DNA from: Escherichia phage vB_EcoM_LNA4
Sequence record: MZ311864.1
Length of the DNA: 64,000 bases
Strand: one strand, 5' to 3'
Part shown: positions 55,472 to 63,617 of the stretch, one piece after another
Layout of the letters: each line of letters begins with the position of its first letter
How positions within the stretch are numbered: position 1 is the first letter of the stretch
Notes under the pieces: generated by a model
Database searches by the model: none
The model's input: only the letters and a program-made list of their open reading frames with translations
Told to the model about the DNA's origin: nothing
Made by a program: the position numbers and the translations under genes

Positions 55472-55657
55472 ATGGTTGTAAGCATGGATAACGGGCAAGT
55501 ATTGACGATCTTTAATTCTGCAAGCCGCACAATTGAGGACGTAAAGCAAGAGGCAAGCCAACGGATCGACAACCTAAAGATCCCCGGCAAGCTGTTAGAT
55601 GATAGCCTGAAAGTGATCTCCGCTTTCGATTCTTTTGGGAAAGAAATCACTAAATAG
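55472..55657 (+). CDS. hypothetical protein
   Basis: 61-aa ORF. Confidence 0.45.
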   Translation: MVVSMDNGQVLTIFNSASRTIEDVKQEASQRIDNLKIPGKLLDDSLKVISAFDSFGKEITK

Positions 55658-55660
55658 TTG

Positions 55661-55689
55661 TTGACTCTTAATAGATGGGGCTTTAAGAT
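55661..55689 (+). promoter_or_regulatory. sigma70-like promoter
   Basis: TTGACT-17 bp-TAAGAT. Confidence 0.5.
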
Positions 55690-55753
55690 AAGCCCTATCA
55701 AGTAAGAGAAATAACCCGGCAATAATGCCAAACCAAACAAAAGGTAAATTATC

Positions 55754-56320
55754 ATGAATAACAAAATCACTTTCAACGATCAAGACGTAGCCGTTTTTAA
55801 CTTCCTGAAAGAAAAAGGGATTGAATTTAAAGCAGTACACGGCGGAGTCAATAATGATCCTAGTTGGGAAGCGGATCTGTTTTTCGTGTCTTTTGAGCGT
55901 AACGGCAAAATGTACCGTTCAGAATTTAAAACTGGTACAGGTCACCGCGTAGGCCGTCATAGTGGCTTAACCTCTCAGGATAAAAAAGAGCTTGATAAAG
56001 TTGGCGCACAAATCGCCATCGTAGATCAAAAGCACTGGACACGCGACGATTACAAGCGTAATGATAATAAAGCTATGTCTTTTGGTTATCGTGTTTACGT
56101 TGCGACACCTTGCGCCGCAAACGTGCTTTACTGCCTGCTGTCTGATATGTCTTTTGGTGATGAAACTCATGCTGATTTTTGCGCTAATATGGGCTATGAT
56201 GAGGACAGCCGCAAAGGTTTAGAAATGTATCTCGAATGTCAGAAAGTAGGACAGGAGATCCGCAAAATCTTTACAGGTGAGGAACTGGAAGCCCTGCGCG
56301 AAATGTTAGAGGATTATTAA
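55754..56320 (+). CDS. hypothetical protein
   Basis: 188-aa ORF with AAAAGGTAAATTATC SD. Confidence 0.5.
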   Translation: MNNKITFNDQDVAVFNFLKEKGIEFKAVHGGVNNDPSWEADLFFVSFERNGKMYRSEFKTGTGHRVGRHSGLTSQDKKELDKVGAQIAIVDQKHWTRDDYKRNDNKAMSFGYRVYVATPCAANVLYCLLSDMSFGDETHADFCANMGYDEDSRKGLEMYLECQKVGQEIRKIFTGEELEALREMLEDY

Positions 56321-56323
56321 ACC

Positions 56324-56671
56324 GTGTTTAAAATCCTGTTTTTGGTGGCTGCTGCTGCTATCTACTGGAAGATCCCCGCTAGACTATGGCGGGGAGTTCT
56401 CTGGATTTACTACGAATACAGGATCGGCAAAGTGTATCACTATATAGAATATAAGTTTCACGGGAACCATTACCACACCCGGCGATCCGGGGCATTAAAT
56501 GATCTTGAGGGTAACGGGCTATTGTGTGAGGTGAAAAAGCGAGGCGGCAAAATCACTTATCACAAAGAAGGAACAAAAGAGCAAATCACCGAGATCATAG
56601 AGTGGCGAGCTAATGAGCTAGCAGAAAAACAAGGCCGGATCATTCAACATGCACACAACAAACGAAAATAA
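56324..56671 (+). CDS. hypothetical protein with N-terminal hydrophobic segment
   Basis: 115-aa ORF, GTG start. Confidence 0.45.
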   Translation: MFKILFLVAAAAIYWKIPARLWRGVLWIYYEYRIGKVYHYIEYKFHGNHYHTRRSGALNDLEGNGLLCEVKKRGGKITYHKEGTKEQITEIIEWRANELAEKQGRIIQHAHNKRK

Positions 56672-56685
56672 AACGAGGGTTTAAA

Positions 56686-56889
56686 ATGCGAAATATTGAG
56701 AAGATGACAAGCAAGCGTGATCGCCTGGCTTACGGTGAAGTAAACGAGCGCCGCCAACGTAACGACAAACTACACAAGCCGGAAAGGGTCGCTAAAACCT
56801 GGACGCCTGACCGTTATGATCCAAACCTCAATAAAAGGTTAGCGGATCGCAAACGTGCTTTACAGTGGCAAGCCGTACAAAATGACTAA
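56686..56889 (+). CDS. small basic protein
   Basis: 67 aa, Arg/Lys-rich. Confidence 0.45.
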   Translation: MRNIEKMTSKRDRLAYGEVNERRQRNDKLHKPERVAKTWTPDRYDPNLNKRLADRKRALQWQAVQND

Positions 56890-56894
56890 ACAAA

Positions 56895-56921
56895 GGCCGG
56901 GATAATTTCCCGGCTTTTTTC
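56895..56921 (+). terminator. rho-independent terminator
   Basis: GGCCGGGAtaatTTCCCGGC then TTTTTT. Confidence 0.75.
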
Positions 56922-57138
56922 TATGCAAAAAAGTGAATTTAAAGAGTTCTCAGGCAGGCAATGCACTTGCCAGGGTTCGACGTTGAAGCGCTTAGAGAGG
57001 CTTACAGGAGCTTTAAAGCGGTATCACGGCACCGCGCCACGCTCAAAAGGCCTTAAATTTAGTCACAAGGTGAAACTATTTGCATATGATTGAATGCTTA
57101 TGCAAAACAGTGAATATTGTAAAGATTTAATAATTTTC

Positions 57139-57166
57139 TTGCGTCCTGGCGTGAATCTGTTAATAT
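57139..57166 (+). promoter_or_regulatory. sigma70-like promoter
   Basis: TTGCGT-16 bp-TAATAT. Confidence 0.5.
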
Positions 57167-57218
57167 TTAACACGTAGGGCGACATAGTGAAGCCCACACA
57201 ATCAAAAGGTAAATTATC

Positions 57219-57509
57219 ATGTGTAAAGTAATGAATGCTCTGACTAAAAACGCCCTAGAAAACAAATACCTGGGCAAAATGGTTTATCATAATTATGGTC
57301 AAATCGGGTTCGGTGTGGTCACCGGGATCGATGACCGTGATCCCACAAAATTACGTTTACGCGTGAAGTTTACCCGCAATAATACCCCGGCGCATATCCA
57401 GAAATATGACAACCGCGCGGATCGTGTTCGTTGCCTCCTGCCTCAATCGGTCACCGTGTCCCGTGTGCGTTATGAGGATTACAACCGCACAAACCAGATC
57501 AAGAAATAG
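57219..57509 (+). CDS. hypothetical protein
   Basis: 96-aa ORF. Confidence 0.5.
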   Translation: MCKVMNALTKNALENKYLGKMVYHNYGQIGFGVVTGIDDRDPTKLRLRVKFTRNNTPAHIQKYDNRADRVRCLLPQSVTVSRVRYEDYNRTNQIKK

Positions 57510-57510
57510 C

Positions 57511-57538
57511 TTGCAATCTGCGCCGCTTATGGTATCTT
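57511..57538 (+). promoter_or_regulatory. sigma70-like promoter
   Basis: TTGCAA-16 bp-TATCTT. Confidence 0.5.
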
Positions 57539-57585
57539 TATTCATAGGCGGCAATAATGCCACCACTTAAAGAGAGGTAAACAAA

Positions 57586-57687
57586 ATGTTAGATTATACA
57601 AACCTTTGGTGTGTGGCTGCTCTTGTATCTTTCATCGTTGCGGCTTGCTCTGTGGTCGCTATCCATATTATTTTAGAGGATCGTTAA
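57586..57687 (+). CDS. small hydrophobic peptide (33 aa)
   Basis: GAGAGGTAAACAAAATG then a single hydrophobic helix; not in ORF track (short). Confidence 0.35.
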   Translation: MLDYTNLWCVAALVSFIVAACSVVAIHIILEDR

Positions 57688-57688
57688 T

Positions 57689-57907
57689 ATGTTCGGGTTT
57701 ATCGTTATGGCCTGCCATATCTCGCTAACTTCAATGAAGTTAGATTGTAGCTGGGATGTTAAAAAAACATTCCAAACAGAACAGGCTTGCAACGTGTACG
57801 AAAACGAATACACGCTAGGCAAAGGCGAGCAGATCGGGGTCTGTGATGAGTTAGATCCTGGCGTTAAAGAAGGCGATAAACGCCCTATTCTCACCCTCAA
57901 AAAGTAA
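57689..57907 (+). CDS. small secreted/membrane Cys-containing protein
   Basis: 72 aa with N-terminal hydrophobic segment. Confidence 0.45.
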   Translation: MFGFIVMACHISLTSMKLDCSWDVKKTFQTEQACNVYENEYTLGKGEQIGVCDELDPGVKEGDKRPILTLKK

Positions 57908-57916
57908 GGGTTTACC

Positions 57917-58102
57917 ATGTTTGAAGTATTCGCCGGAATGTGTTTTTATGCCGCTATGGGCTTGCAACGTTGCGATGATTTCATCGTTGAATCATACGAC
58001 GATCAATTAACCTGTGAGATCGTAGCCAATGACTACCGCACGGATCGCCGCTGGATTAATCCCGCTTGCATCCCATCGCCGGAAGTTGAACCAATGCCAT
58101 AA
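57917..58102 (+). CDS. hypothetical protein
   Basis: 61-aa ORF. Confidence 0.4.
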   Translation: MFEVFAGMCFYAAMGLQRCDDFIVESYDDQLTCEIVANDYRTDRRWINPACIPSPEVEPMP

Positions 58103-58109
58103 AATAAAT

Positions 58110-58138
58110 TTGACAACGGGGAACCGTTGATCAATAAT
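58110..58138 (+). promoter_or_regulatory. sigma70-like promoter
   Basis: TTGACA-17 bp-AATAAT. Confidence 0.55.
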
Positions 58139-58148
58139 TACCAGACAA

Positions 58149-58169
58149 GGCCGGGAGCGGTTCCCGGTC
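58149..58169 (+). repeat. GC-rich hairpin
   Basis: GGCCGGGAgcggTTCCCGGTC. Confidence 0.65.
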
Positions 58170-58186
58170 ACCTGGTGAGGTGAATC

Positions 58187-58303
58187 ATGAAAGGTTACCA
58201 AGTAGAATACACTACCGAAAACCCGGTTTACACCGAAGCGCGGATCATGTGTCGTCTGGTGTGGTTTTTCGTGATCTTCCTGCTGTTATTATCTTTATTC
58301 TAA
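58187..58303 (+). CDS. small membrane peptide (38 aa)
   Basis: Promoter, hairpin, GGTGAGGTGAATCATG; C-terminal hydrophobic helix. Confidence 0.35.
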   Translation: MKGYQVEYTTENPVYTEARIMCRLVWFFVIFLLLLSLF

Positions 58304-58318
58304 AACGAGGTTTTAAAA

Positions 58319-58660
58319 ATGGAACTGGCAAATAAATTTTTCTTCCTGGCTGGCGTATCTGACAAAGCAAAATGTGATTTTCGTCGTTTCGATGATAAAA
58401 CATTGTTGCGTTTTTGTCATGTTAATGACACTGTAAACGCTGATCGCCTGGATATCATGATCCGCACGGAAAACAGCATTGATCACGCTTCACAAAGACC
58501 TTGCAAGGCGCATTATGTATCTTATCAGCTTGAAAGTGTGAAGGGTTATGTAAAACAGGCTGATAGCCTGCCGATCCGTGATGCTCTGGACGTTTTCGCG
58601 GTAGTTGTTGAGATTGTTAATGATGTTTTTCCGGTTGACTCTGAAAATCAGATCGGCTAA
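58319..58660 (+). CDS. hypothetical protein
   Basis: 113-aa ORF. Confidence 0.45.
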   Translation: MELANKFFFLAGVSDKAKCDFRRFDDKTLLRFCHVNDTVNADRLDIMIRTENSIDHASQRPCKAHYVSYQLESVKGYVKQADSLPIRDALDVFAVVVEIVNDVFPVDSENQIG

Positions 58661-58664
58661 AGTA
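58636..58664 (+). promoter_or_regulatory. sigma70-like promoter
   Basis: TTGACT-17 bp-TAAAGT overlapping end of previous gene. Confidence 0.4.
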
Positions 58665-58673
58665 TTCTAACAG

Positions 58674-58694
58674 GCCGGGGATTGTCCCCGGTCA
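58674..58694 (+). repeat. GC-rich hairpin
   Basis: GGCCGGGGAttgTCCCCGGTC. Confidence 0.7.
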
Positions 58695-58713
58695 CAATAG
58701 AAAGGTAAATATT

Positions 58714-58947
58714 ATGGCACGTTACACTAAAACCGTGGATATCTGGGACGCTCAAACCAACGTTGCAAAATTGCAGCCGGGGCAATGGGTAGAGGCTGGC
58801 AAAGGCGGTGATCGCGGGATCTTCTGTGGTGTAAAACGCTCTGGATCTGTGGTTGTTGCCTGGAAGAATAACGCAAGCAACCATAAGCGCGGCGGGTATC
58901 GTGGCTATATTTCCGATCTGTTTTCTTATGCTAAAGTGTGGGCTTGA
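58714..58947 (+). CDS. hypothetical protein
   Basis: 77-aa ORF. Confidence 0.5.
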   Translation: MARYTKTVDIWDAQTNVAKLQPGQWVEAGKGGDRGIFCGVKRSGSVVVAWKNNASNHKRGGYRGYISDLFSYAKVWA

Positions 58948-58949
58948 TT

Positions 58950-59282
58950 ATGAAAAATAAAAATGTTTATTGGTCTTCCTCGTGCGGTCGCCTTTGTCTG
59001 ATTTTCCGTGACCGTGACCAGGTAGAAGAGATCGCCCACTCTGGGGACTGTGAAGCCTCCACCGTTGAAGCCTTGCCCTATTTCCGGGACGGCTTACAGT
59101 TTAGCGCCTACACCGATCAAATGATCCGGGATTACCTGGCCGAAACCGGGATCGAGCGTGAAGGGGTAGACGGGATCGACAACATGGATCGCCACACCCT
59201 GGAAATGTACCTGTTATGGATCGCGGCTTGCGATATGCTGGACGTGTTCAACATTGGCGATGATTACGGGGAAGATGAATAA
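58950..59282 (+). CDS. hypothetical acidic protein
   Basis: 110 aa from ATG (ORF track starts at upstream GTG). Confidence 0.45.
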   Translation: MKNKNVYWSSSCGRLCLIFRDRDQVEEIAHSGDCEASTVEALPYFRDGLQFSAYTDQMIRDYLAETGIEREGVDGIDNMDRHTLEMYLLWIAACDMLDVFNIGDDYGEDE

Positions 59283-59288
59283 AAACGC

Positions 59289-59317
59289 TTGCAAGCCAGG
59301 TGCGGATCGGTTAATAT
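59289..59317 (+). promoter_or_regulatory. sigma70-like promoter
   Basis: TTGCAA-17 bp-TAATAT. Confidence 0.55.
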
Positions 59318-59325
59318 CTTTTTGA

Positions 59326-59347
59326 GGCCGGGGAATACCTCCCCGGC
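59326..59347 (+). repeat. GC-rich hairpin
   Basis: GGCCGGGGAatacctCCCCGGC. Confidence 0.65.
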
Positions 59348-59368
59348 AAGCCAGAAAGGTAAACAAAA

Positions 59369-59758
59369 ATGCAAAATTTCATCACTATCACCAATAACGA
59401 TAAACTGCAATCTCTGATCGGTATCCTTAACGATGTTTCACCGTTTATCGTTAAAAATCTTTACGCACATTTGAAAAATGTTAAACCCGCTATTTGGTCT
59501 GCTCATTGCTATGACCAGGACGAAAGCGCGGCGGCATACATGATCGAAATGTTAAAAGATAGTATGCAACTTTGTTTATCTCAAAGCGTTATTAATGAAG
59601 TTGATAGCCGTTTATCTCTGGCTATTGAATACCAGGTGCAAGCAATGTATAATCAGTTAGACATTGAAGAGCAGCAAGATCAGGATTCATTCTGGGATCG
59701 TGCTGATGCTCAAAGCGCCTTTGATGACCGTTTAGCAATGTATGCTAACGAATACTAA
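59369..59758 (+). CDS. hypothetical acidic protein
   Basis: 129-aa ORF. Confidence 0.5.
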   Translation: MQNFITITNNDKLQSLIGILNDVSPFIVKNLYAHLKNVKPAIWSAHCYDQDESAAAYMIEMLKDSMQLCLSQSVINEVDSRLSLAIEYQVQAMYNQLDIEEQQDQDSFWDRADAQSAFDDRLAMYANEY

Positions 59759-59767
59759 ACAAAACAA

Positions 59768-59787
59768 GGCCGGGGACGTTCCCCGGC
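59768..59787 (+). repeat. GC-rich hairpin
   Basis: GGCCGGGGAcgtTCCCCGGC. Confidence 0.7.
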
Positions 59788-59808
59788 ATAATCTGAAAGG
59801 TAAAGCAA

Positions 59809-60033
59809 ATGTTAAAGAATCAAACCGGGCAAACTGAATTTTTACGCAACCTTATCGCTGGTGAAAAGGCTGTATGGTTCTGTGAAGGTGCAAACGTAGA
59901 TCCGGAAATGCGGAAAATGACCGCCACCGTGTGCAAGGCGAAACTAGGCTTTAAAATCCGTCAATCAAAAGCCCTGATCGTTACTCCTGATTCTATCCCG
60001 CAAGCAATCATCATTATTGAGCGTATATCATGA
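59809..60033 (+). CDS. hypothetical protein
   Basis: 74-aa ORF. Confidence 0.45.
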   Translation: MLKNQTGQTEFLRNLIAGEKAVWFCEGANVDPEMRKMTATVCKAKLGFKIRQSKALIVTPDSIPQAIIIIERIS

Positions 60034-60257
60034 AAAAAGTAATTTTTGATAACAAGAAAAACACGGTAACCGCTCAAAAGGTCGGGGAGTATATCGAACT
60101 TTCGGATCTGTATAGTGACGCGCCGATCCGCTTGTCACCTGCTGAATATAAAAATGCTGATTTGGTTAAACATGTTGTCGCTATGGAGTTCGAATTTTTC
60201 GAATATCTAGCCTCTTTTGAGGATGATTTTAATAGTGATGGGCTTTACGGCGCATGA
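60030..60257 (+). CDS. hypothetical acidic protein
   Basis: 75-aa ORF, ATGA overlap with previous gene. Confidence 0.45.
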   Translation: MKKVIFDNKKNTVTAQKVGEYIELSDLYSDAPIRLSPAEYKNADLVKHVVAMEFEFFEYLASFEDDFNSDGLYGA

Positions 60258-60403
60258 TCATTTACGTCAACGTTTTAAACGGGAATCGTTACCGCTGGCG
60301 CGGTTCCCGTGTCCTGGCTCTGATGTCTGGTGAATGGGTTCAAAGTCAGCACTTACGCCCCGCCGATCTCTCACATTTTCCGTTTATAGGTATCAAAGAA
60401 TGA
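60254..60403 (+). CDS. small hypothetical protein (49 aa)
   Basis: ATGA overlaps at both ends; not in ORF track (short). Confidence 0.3.
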   Translation: MIIYVNVLNGNRYRWRGSRVLALMSGEWVQSQHLRPADLSHFPFIGIKE

Positions 60404-60738
60404 AATATGAAATCACCCCGGAAGATATCAAAACACGCGCCCTTGATAGCGCCCGTTACACCTTAACAAAGCGTGAAGGCCTGCAACTATTTTCAATCTG
60501 TTTTATTCATCCTGATGATCCTGATTTTCAATCTGATCCGGTTGAGTTCTGGGCTAGTAGCTGGGAAACGGCTTATGATGAGCTGATGAATAATGTAAAC
60601 ACTTTCGAATCTTACGGCCTGTCAAGTTTTAGCCAGACAGATCGCCCCCTGGAGGATGAGAACGTTAGAGCGTGGATCAACCACTACAACGCCCTTTATA
60701 ACCTCGTGTTTATTCATGGGGAGAGTAAAGAAGTGTAA
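60400..60738 (+). CDS. hypothetical protein
   Basis: 112 aa from ATG overlapping upstream stop. Confidence 0.45.
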   Translation: MKYEITPEDIKTRALDSARYTLTKREGLQLFSICFIHPDDPDFQSDPVEFWASSWETAYDELMNNVNTFESYGLSSFSQTDRPLEDENVRAWINHYNALYNLVFIHGESKEV

Positions 60739-60745
60739 AGAGCTA

Positions 60746-60774
60746 TTGACGTGGTGATCTGCCTATAGTAATAT
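60746..60774 (+). promoter_or_regulatory. sigma70-like promoter
   Basis: TTGACG-17 bp-TAATAT. Confidence 0.55.
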
Positions 60775-60830
60775 TTATCTCGTAGGGCAAACAAACGAAA
60801 TCACACAAAACAGACTAAGAGGTAAATCAA

Positions 60831-61196
60831 ATGTTAAACGCTAAAACTGTTGCTCATGTTGGTTGGGATTCAAACGCGTATGAGGGTGAGTGGTGCGAAG
60901 ATTACCGCCGTACTGAATGGGCTTACAAAATCCAGATCGAACTGGTAGACGGTTCACGCTTTTACCTTGATCAATCCTTACTGACTTCTGAAACTCATGA
61001 TTTTGAAGAAATCAAAGCTATTCAGGATCGCCGTGTAGCTCGCATTGAAAAACATTTGGCCGCTGGCGGTTCACTGAATGAAAAACACTGGTACGAAACC
61101 GATCCGGCTTATGGCTCTGAAGCTTATCAGCGCCTGGATGATATGGGAGAGTTTAAAGCCCGTGAAGAAAAAGAGTTTCAACTGACCGGACGTTAA
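60831..61196 (+). CDS. hypothetical protein
   Basis: 121-aa ORF. Confidence 0.5.
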   Translation: MLNAKTVAHVGWDSNAYEGEWCEDYRRTEWAYKIQIELVDGSRFYLDQSLLTSETHDFEEIKAIQDRRVARIEKHLAAGGSLNEKHWYETDPAYGSEAYQRLDDMGEFKAREEKEFQLTGR

Positions 61197-61212
61197 CAGA
61201 TTAAAAGGCGCT

Positions 61213-61241
61213 TGCAATGGTGAGCGCTTTTTGATAAATTA
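61213..61241 (+). promoter_or_regulatory. sigma70-like promoter
   Basis: TTGCAA-17 bp-TAAATT. Confidence 0.45.
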
Positions 61242-61272
61242 ATGTCTCACCAAACAAATGAGGTAAACGGCA

Positions 61273-61596
61273 ATGACTAAAACAGAATTTTTCGCAATCA
61301 TCACCGATCATCTGAAAAGACTTAACGGTCAATTTAACGCTTTCGGTGAATATGTCGCCTTTGACGTTCCAAAATACACCGCCGCCGATCTTGCTCCTTA
61401 TGAGTTCCACGAAGATCCGGAAAATTACGCTAAATGGAAAGCAGAAAACCCGGATTATCCCTGGGTAGCTCATGCGTCAGGCTATACTATGAAAAATTGC
61501 TGGTTAGTCGGCCTTATCAATCATCGCTCATATGAAGCCGCCACCAAACAAGCGAAGATTTTCGCACGTTGGATCGCTGAATACCAAACCAAATAA
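61273..61596 (+). CDS. hypothetical protein
   Basis: 107-aa ORF. Confidence 0.5.
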   Translation: MTKTEFFAIITDHLKRLNGQFNAFGEYVAFDVPKYTAADLAPYEFHEDPENYAKWKAENPDYPWVAHASGYTMKNCWLVGLINHRSYEAATKQAKIFARWIAEYQTK

Positions 61597-61604
61597 ACCC
61601 ACCG

Positions 61605-61621
61605 GGGGCGCTAGTCGCCCC
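61605..61621 (+). repeat. GC-rich hairpin
   Basis: GGGGCGctagtCGCCCC upstream of GAGAGGTAAACAAAATG. Confidence 0.6.
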
Positions 61622-61645
61622 GCTATCATATGAGAGGTAAACAAA

Positions 61646-62011
61646 ATGGATCTTAAGAAAATCAATCTTTTAGCCCTGAAAAAGGGTGATATGCTGTTTC
61701 GTGGGTCTTTGTGTGAAGTCCTGGAAATATCAGCGCCGTTTATGCGTGGCTATGGTTATGATAACCATTATTACAAGGCCGAAACGGTAGCGATCAAATG
61801 TCAAGCCGTATATGATTACGATGTTAACTATTCAAAAGAAAGCGGCAAGCCATTAACGCCCCGTGAATATGTTTTTGATTATCCGATTGAATCACAAGTG
61901 ATGATCGTTACATCTGGCGAAACGGTCACCGTGACAAGCGCTACCGGGAATTTTGACGATAAAACAGGTCATTATCTGTTACCCGGTCAAACAATTAATG
62001 TTATTGAGTGA
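61646..62011 (+). CDS. hypothetical protein
   Basis: 121-aa ORF. Confidence 0.5.
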   Translation: MDLKKINLLALKKGDMLFRGSLCEVLEISAPFMRGYGYDNHYYKAETVAIKCQAVYDYDVNYSKESGKPLTPREYVFDYPIESQVMIVTSGETVTVTSATGNFDDKTGHYLLPGQTINVIE

Positions 62012-62017
62012 TGACAA

Positions 62018-62281
62018 GTGATTAACCTTGTTTATCATGTGAGCAAAACCAACATTAGCCGGGCTATCTGCCTGGCTTGCTTGTTTGCTGTTTTGTCAAA
62101 TGTTTTTTACGGTTGGCTGGCCTGCCTTGTGTTAAGTGACGCAACCGCCCAGACAGTTAACACCATGATCGATGTTTTGCAGCTTGCTTTATATTGTGGT
62201 GTAAAGCTGTACAGATTTAAACGCCTGGACCGTTACGATCTACCTTTCATCATTGGCGGATCACTGGCTATTATGTTGTAA
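62018..62281 (+). CDS. membrane protein
   Basis: 87 aa, GTG start, hydrophobic helices; last gene before terminator. Confidence 0.45.
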   Translation: MINLVYHVSKTNISRAICLACLFAVLSNVFYGWLACLVLSDATAQTVNTMIDVLQLALYCGVKLYRFKRLDRYDLPFIIGGSLAIML

Positions 62282-62285
62282 TCTA

Positions 62286-62308
62286 GGCCGGGATTATTCC
62301 CGGCTTTT
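62286..62308 (+). terminator. rho-independent terminator closing the early block
   Basis: GGCCGGGAttatTCCCGGC then TTTT. Confidence 0.7.
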
Positions 62309-62428
62309 GCATATCATAACCCACACCAAACCACAACCCAAAATCTTTACCCGCTTTTATGTTGGTTGCAATATCGCAACTGAGAATTATTCTCACCAAT
62401 CCCGTTGGCAATTATGCAATAAAGTGAA

Positions 62429-62448
62429 TTTAAAGAGATCTCTTTAAA
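62429..62448. repeat. 20-bp perfect palindrome (operator-like)
   Basis: TTTAAAGAGATCTCTTTAAA is its own reverse complement. Confidence 0.8.
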
Positions 62449-63406
62449 GACATACAACGGCAAGCCTAACAGATAAACCCTCTCAAAACGCGTTATATTG
62501 CGTTTAATCGTGTATCTTTACCCGCCTTTGACTCACTCACACCCCAAAAATGATAACGCAGGTTATCAAGTGAATAAACACCGTGTTTTTATGCAAATTG
62601 AGTGAATACGAAGCAAAAACCCTGAAATGATAACTTTTCTCATCTAACCCTTTGTGTGAACTGCCTTTTTTGAGCATAGAAATCATCTTTTGTCAAATAA
62701 AATATCGTTCGCGTAATCGTGGGGAGTGGCGCGAGCGGAGCGAGCGACACAATAACACGAAGGGTAACTCAAACGATAATAAATATCGTTTTCGTTCGCG
62801 TTATCGTGGCTCGTTAGCGCTATTGTCGCATAGCGATTCAATGTTACACATTGAACCCGTAAACGGGCAAGGCTAAGCGTTAACAGACAGGATGACTAGA
62901 ATGATGAATAATTAACAATGCAACTATTACATAGTTGAAGTATTTTATAACCTCGCCACGATAACACCGATTAGCTGATCGCTAATCGCCCTCGTGTTAT
63001 TGTGTCGCCAGGTTATGAAGATCAAAGGCATTTAATTAGCCTTTAATGGTTGACAAACCATGATTAATAGAACTGTAAACCAGGCCGCTGGCCTGCTAAT
63101 TGCTGGTTTTCTTGAGCATGAAAAGGTGTGCGAAGCTGGCTAACTGTCAAGTGTTTTATTGATAGGAAAAGTCTATTAAAGCCAGGCGTAGCAAGGGCTA
63201 AACGAGAATTGTTATCATGTGGCTAAATGCTCAAGATAGGTAGAATTGCTAAACACATATTTCCCTCTGTGTCAAGCTTTTTGTGGCAAATTTACAAAAT
63301 ATTTTCCATTTGAGAATGGTTTTCATTTCGAAACTGAAATCGAAATCGTATTCAGAATGATTATCATTTGCATTCTCATCGACAAAACACCCCACAAAGT
63401 GAATAA

Positions 63407-63425
63407 TAACAGGTGTAAACTGTCA
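63407..63425. repeat. 19-bp direct repeat, copy 1
   Basis: TAACAGGTGTAAACTGTCA. Confidence 0.8.
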
Positions 63426-63598
63426 TGCTGGTAACATGTAGCAGGCTATTGGTTGCTGTCTGGTATGGTTCACTGATGCAATGATAACATATGTGACTAT
63501 ATGGCCTGTTGCCCGGTGACCTCTGGTGCGTATAACGTGTATTATGTTAAATAGAGACATTCACACAAATATAACCAAGTCAATAGCAAATCGTGCTG

Positions 63599-63617
63599 TA
63601 ACAGGTGTAAACTGTCA
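63599..63617. repeat. 19-bp direct repeat, copy 2
   Basis: TAACAGGTGTAAACTGTCA, identical to copy at 63407. Confidence 0.8.

Noticed and set aside
52700-62310. CRISPR array suggested by recurring GCCGGGG...CCCCGGC repeats
   Set aside because: Repeats are irregularly spaced (300-1000 bp), differ in loop and length, and each sits between a promoter and a start codon; the intervening sequences are ORFs, not spacers.
62560-63410. DnaA boxes as a definite host-type origin
   Set aside because: Matches are 8 of 9 to TGTGNATAA and not arranged like a characterised oriC; kept only as a weak component of the repeat-region finding.
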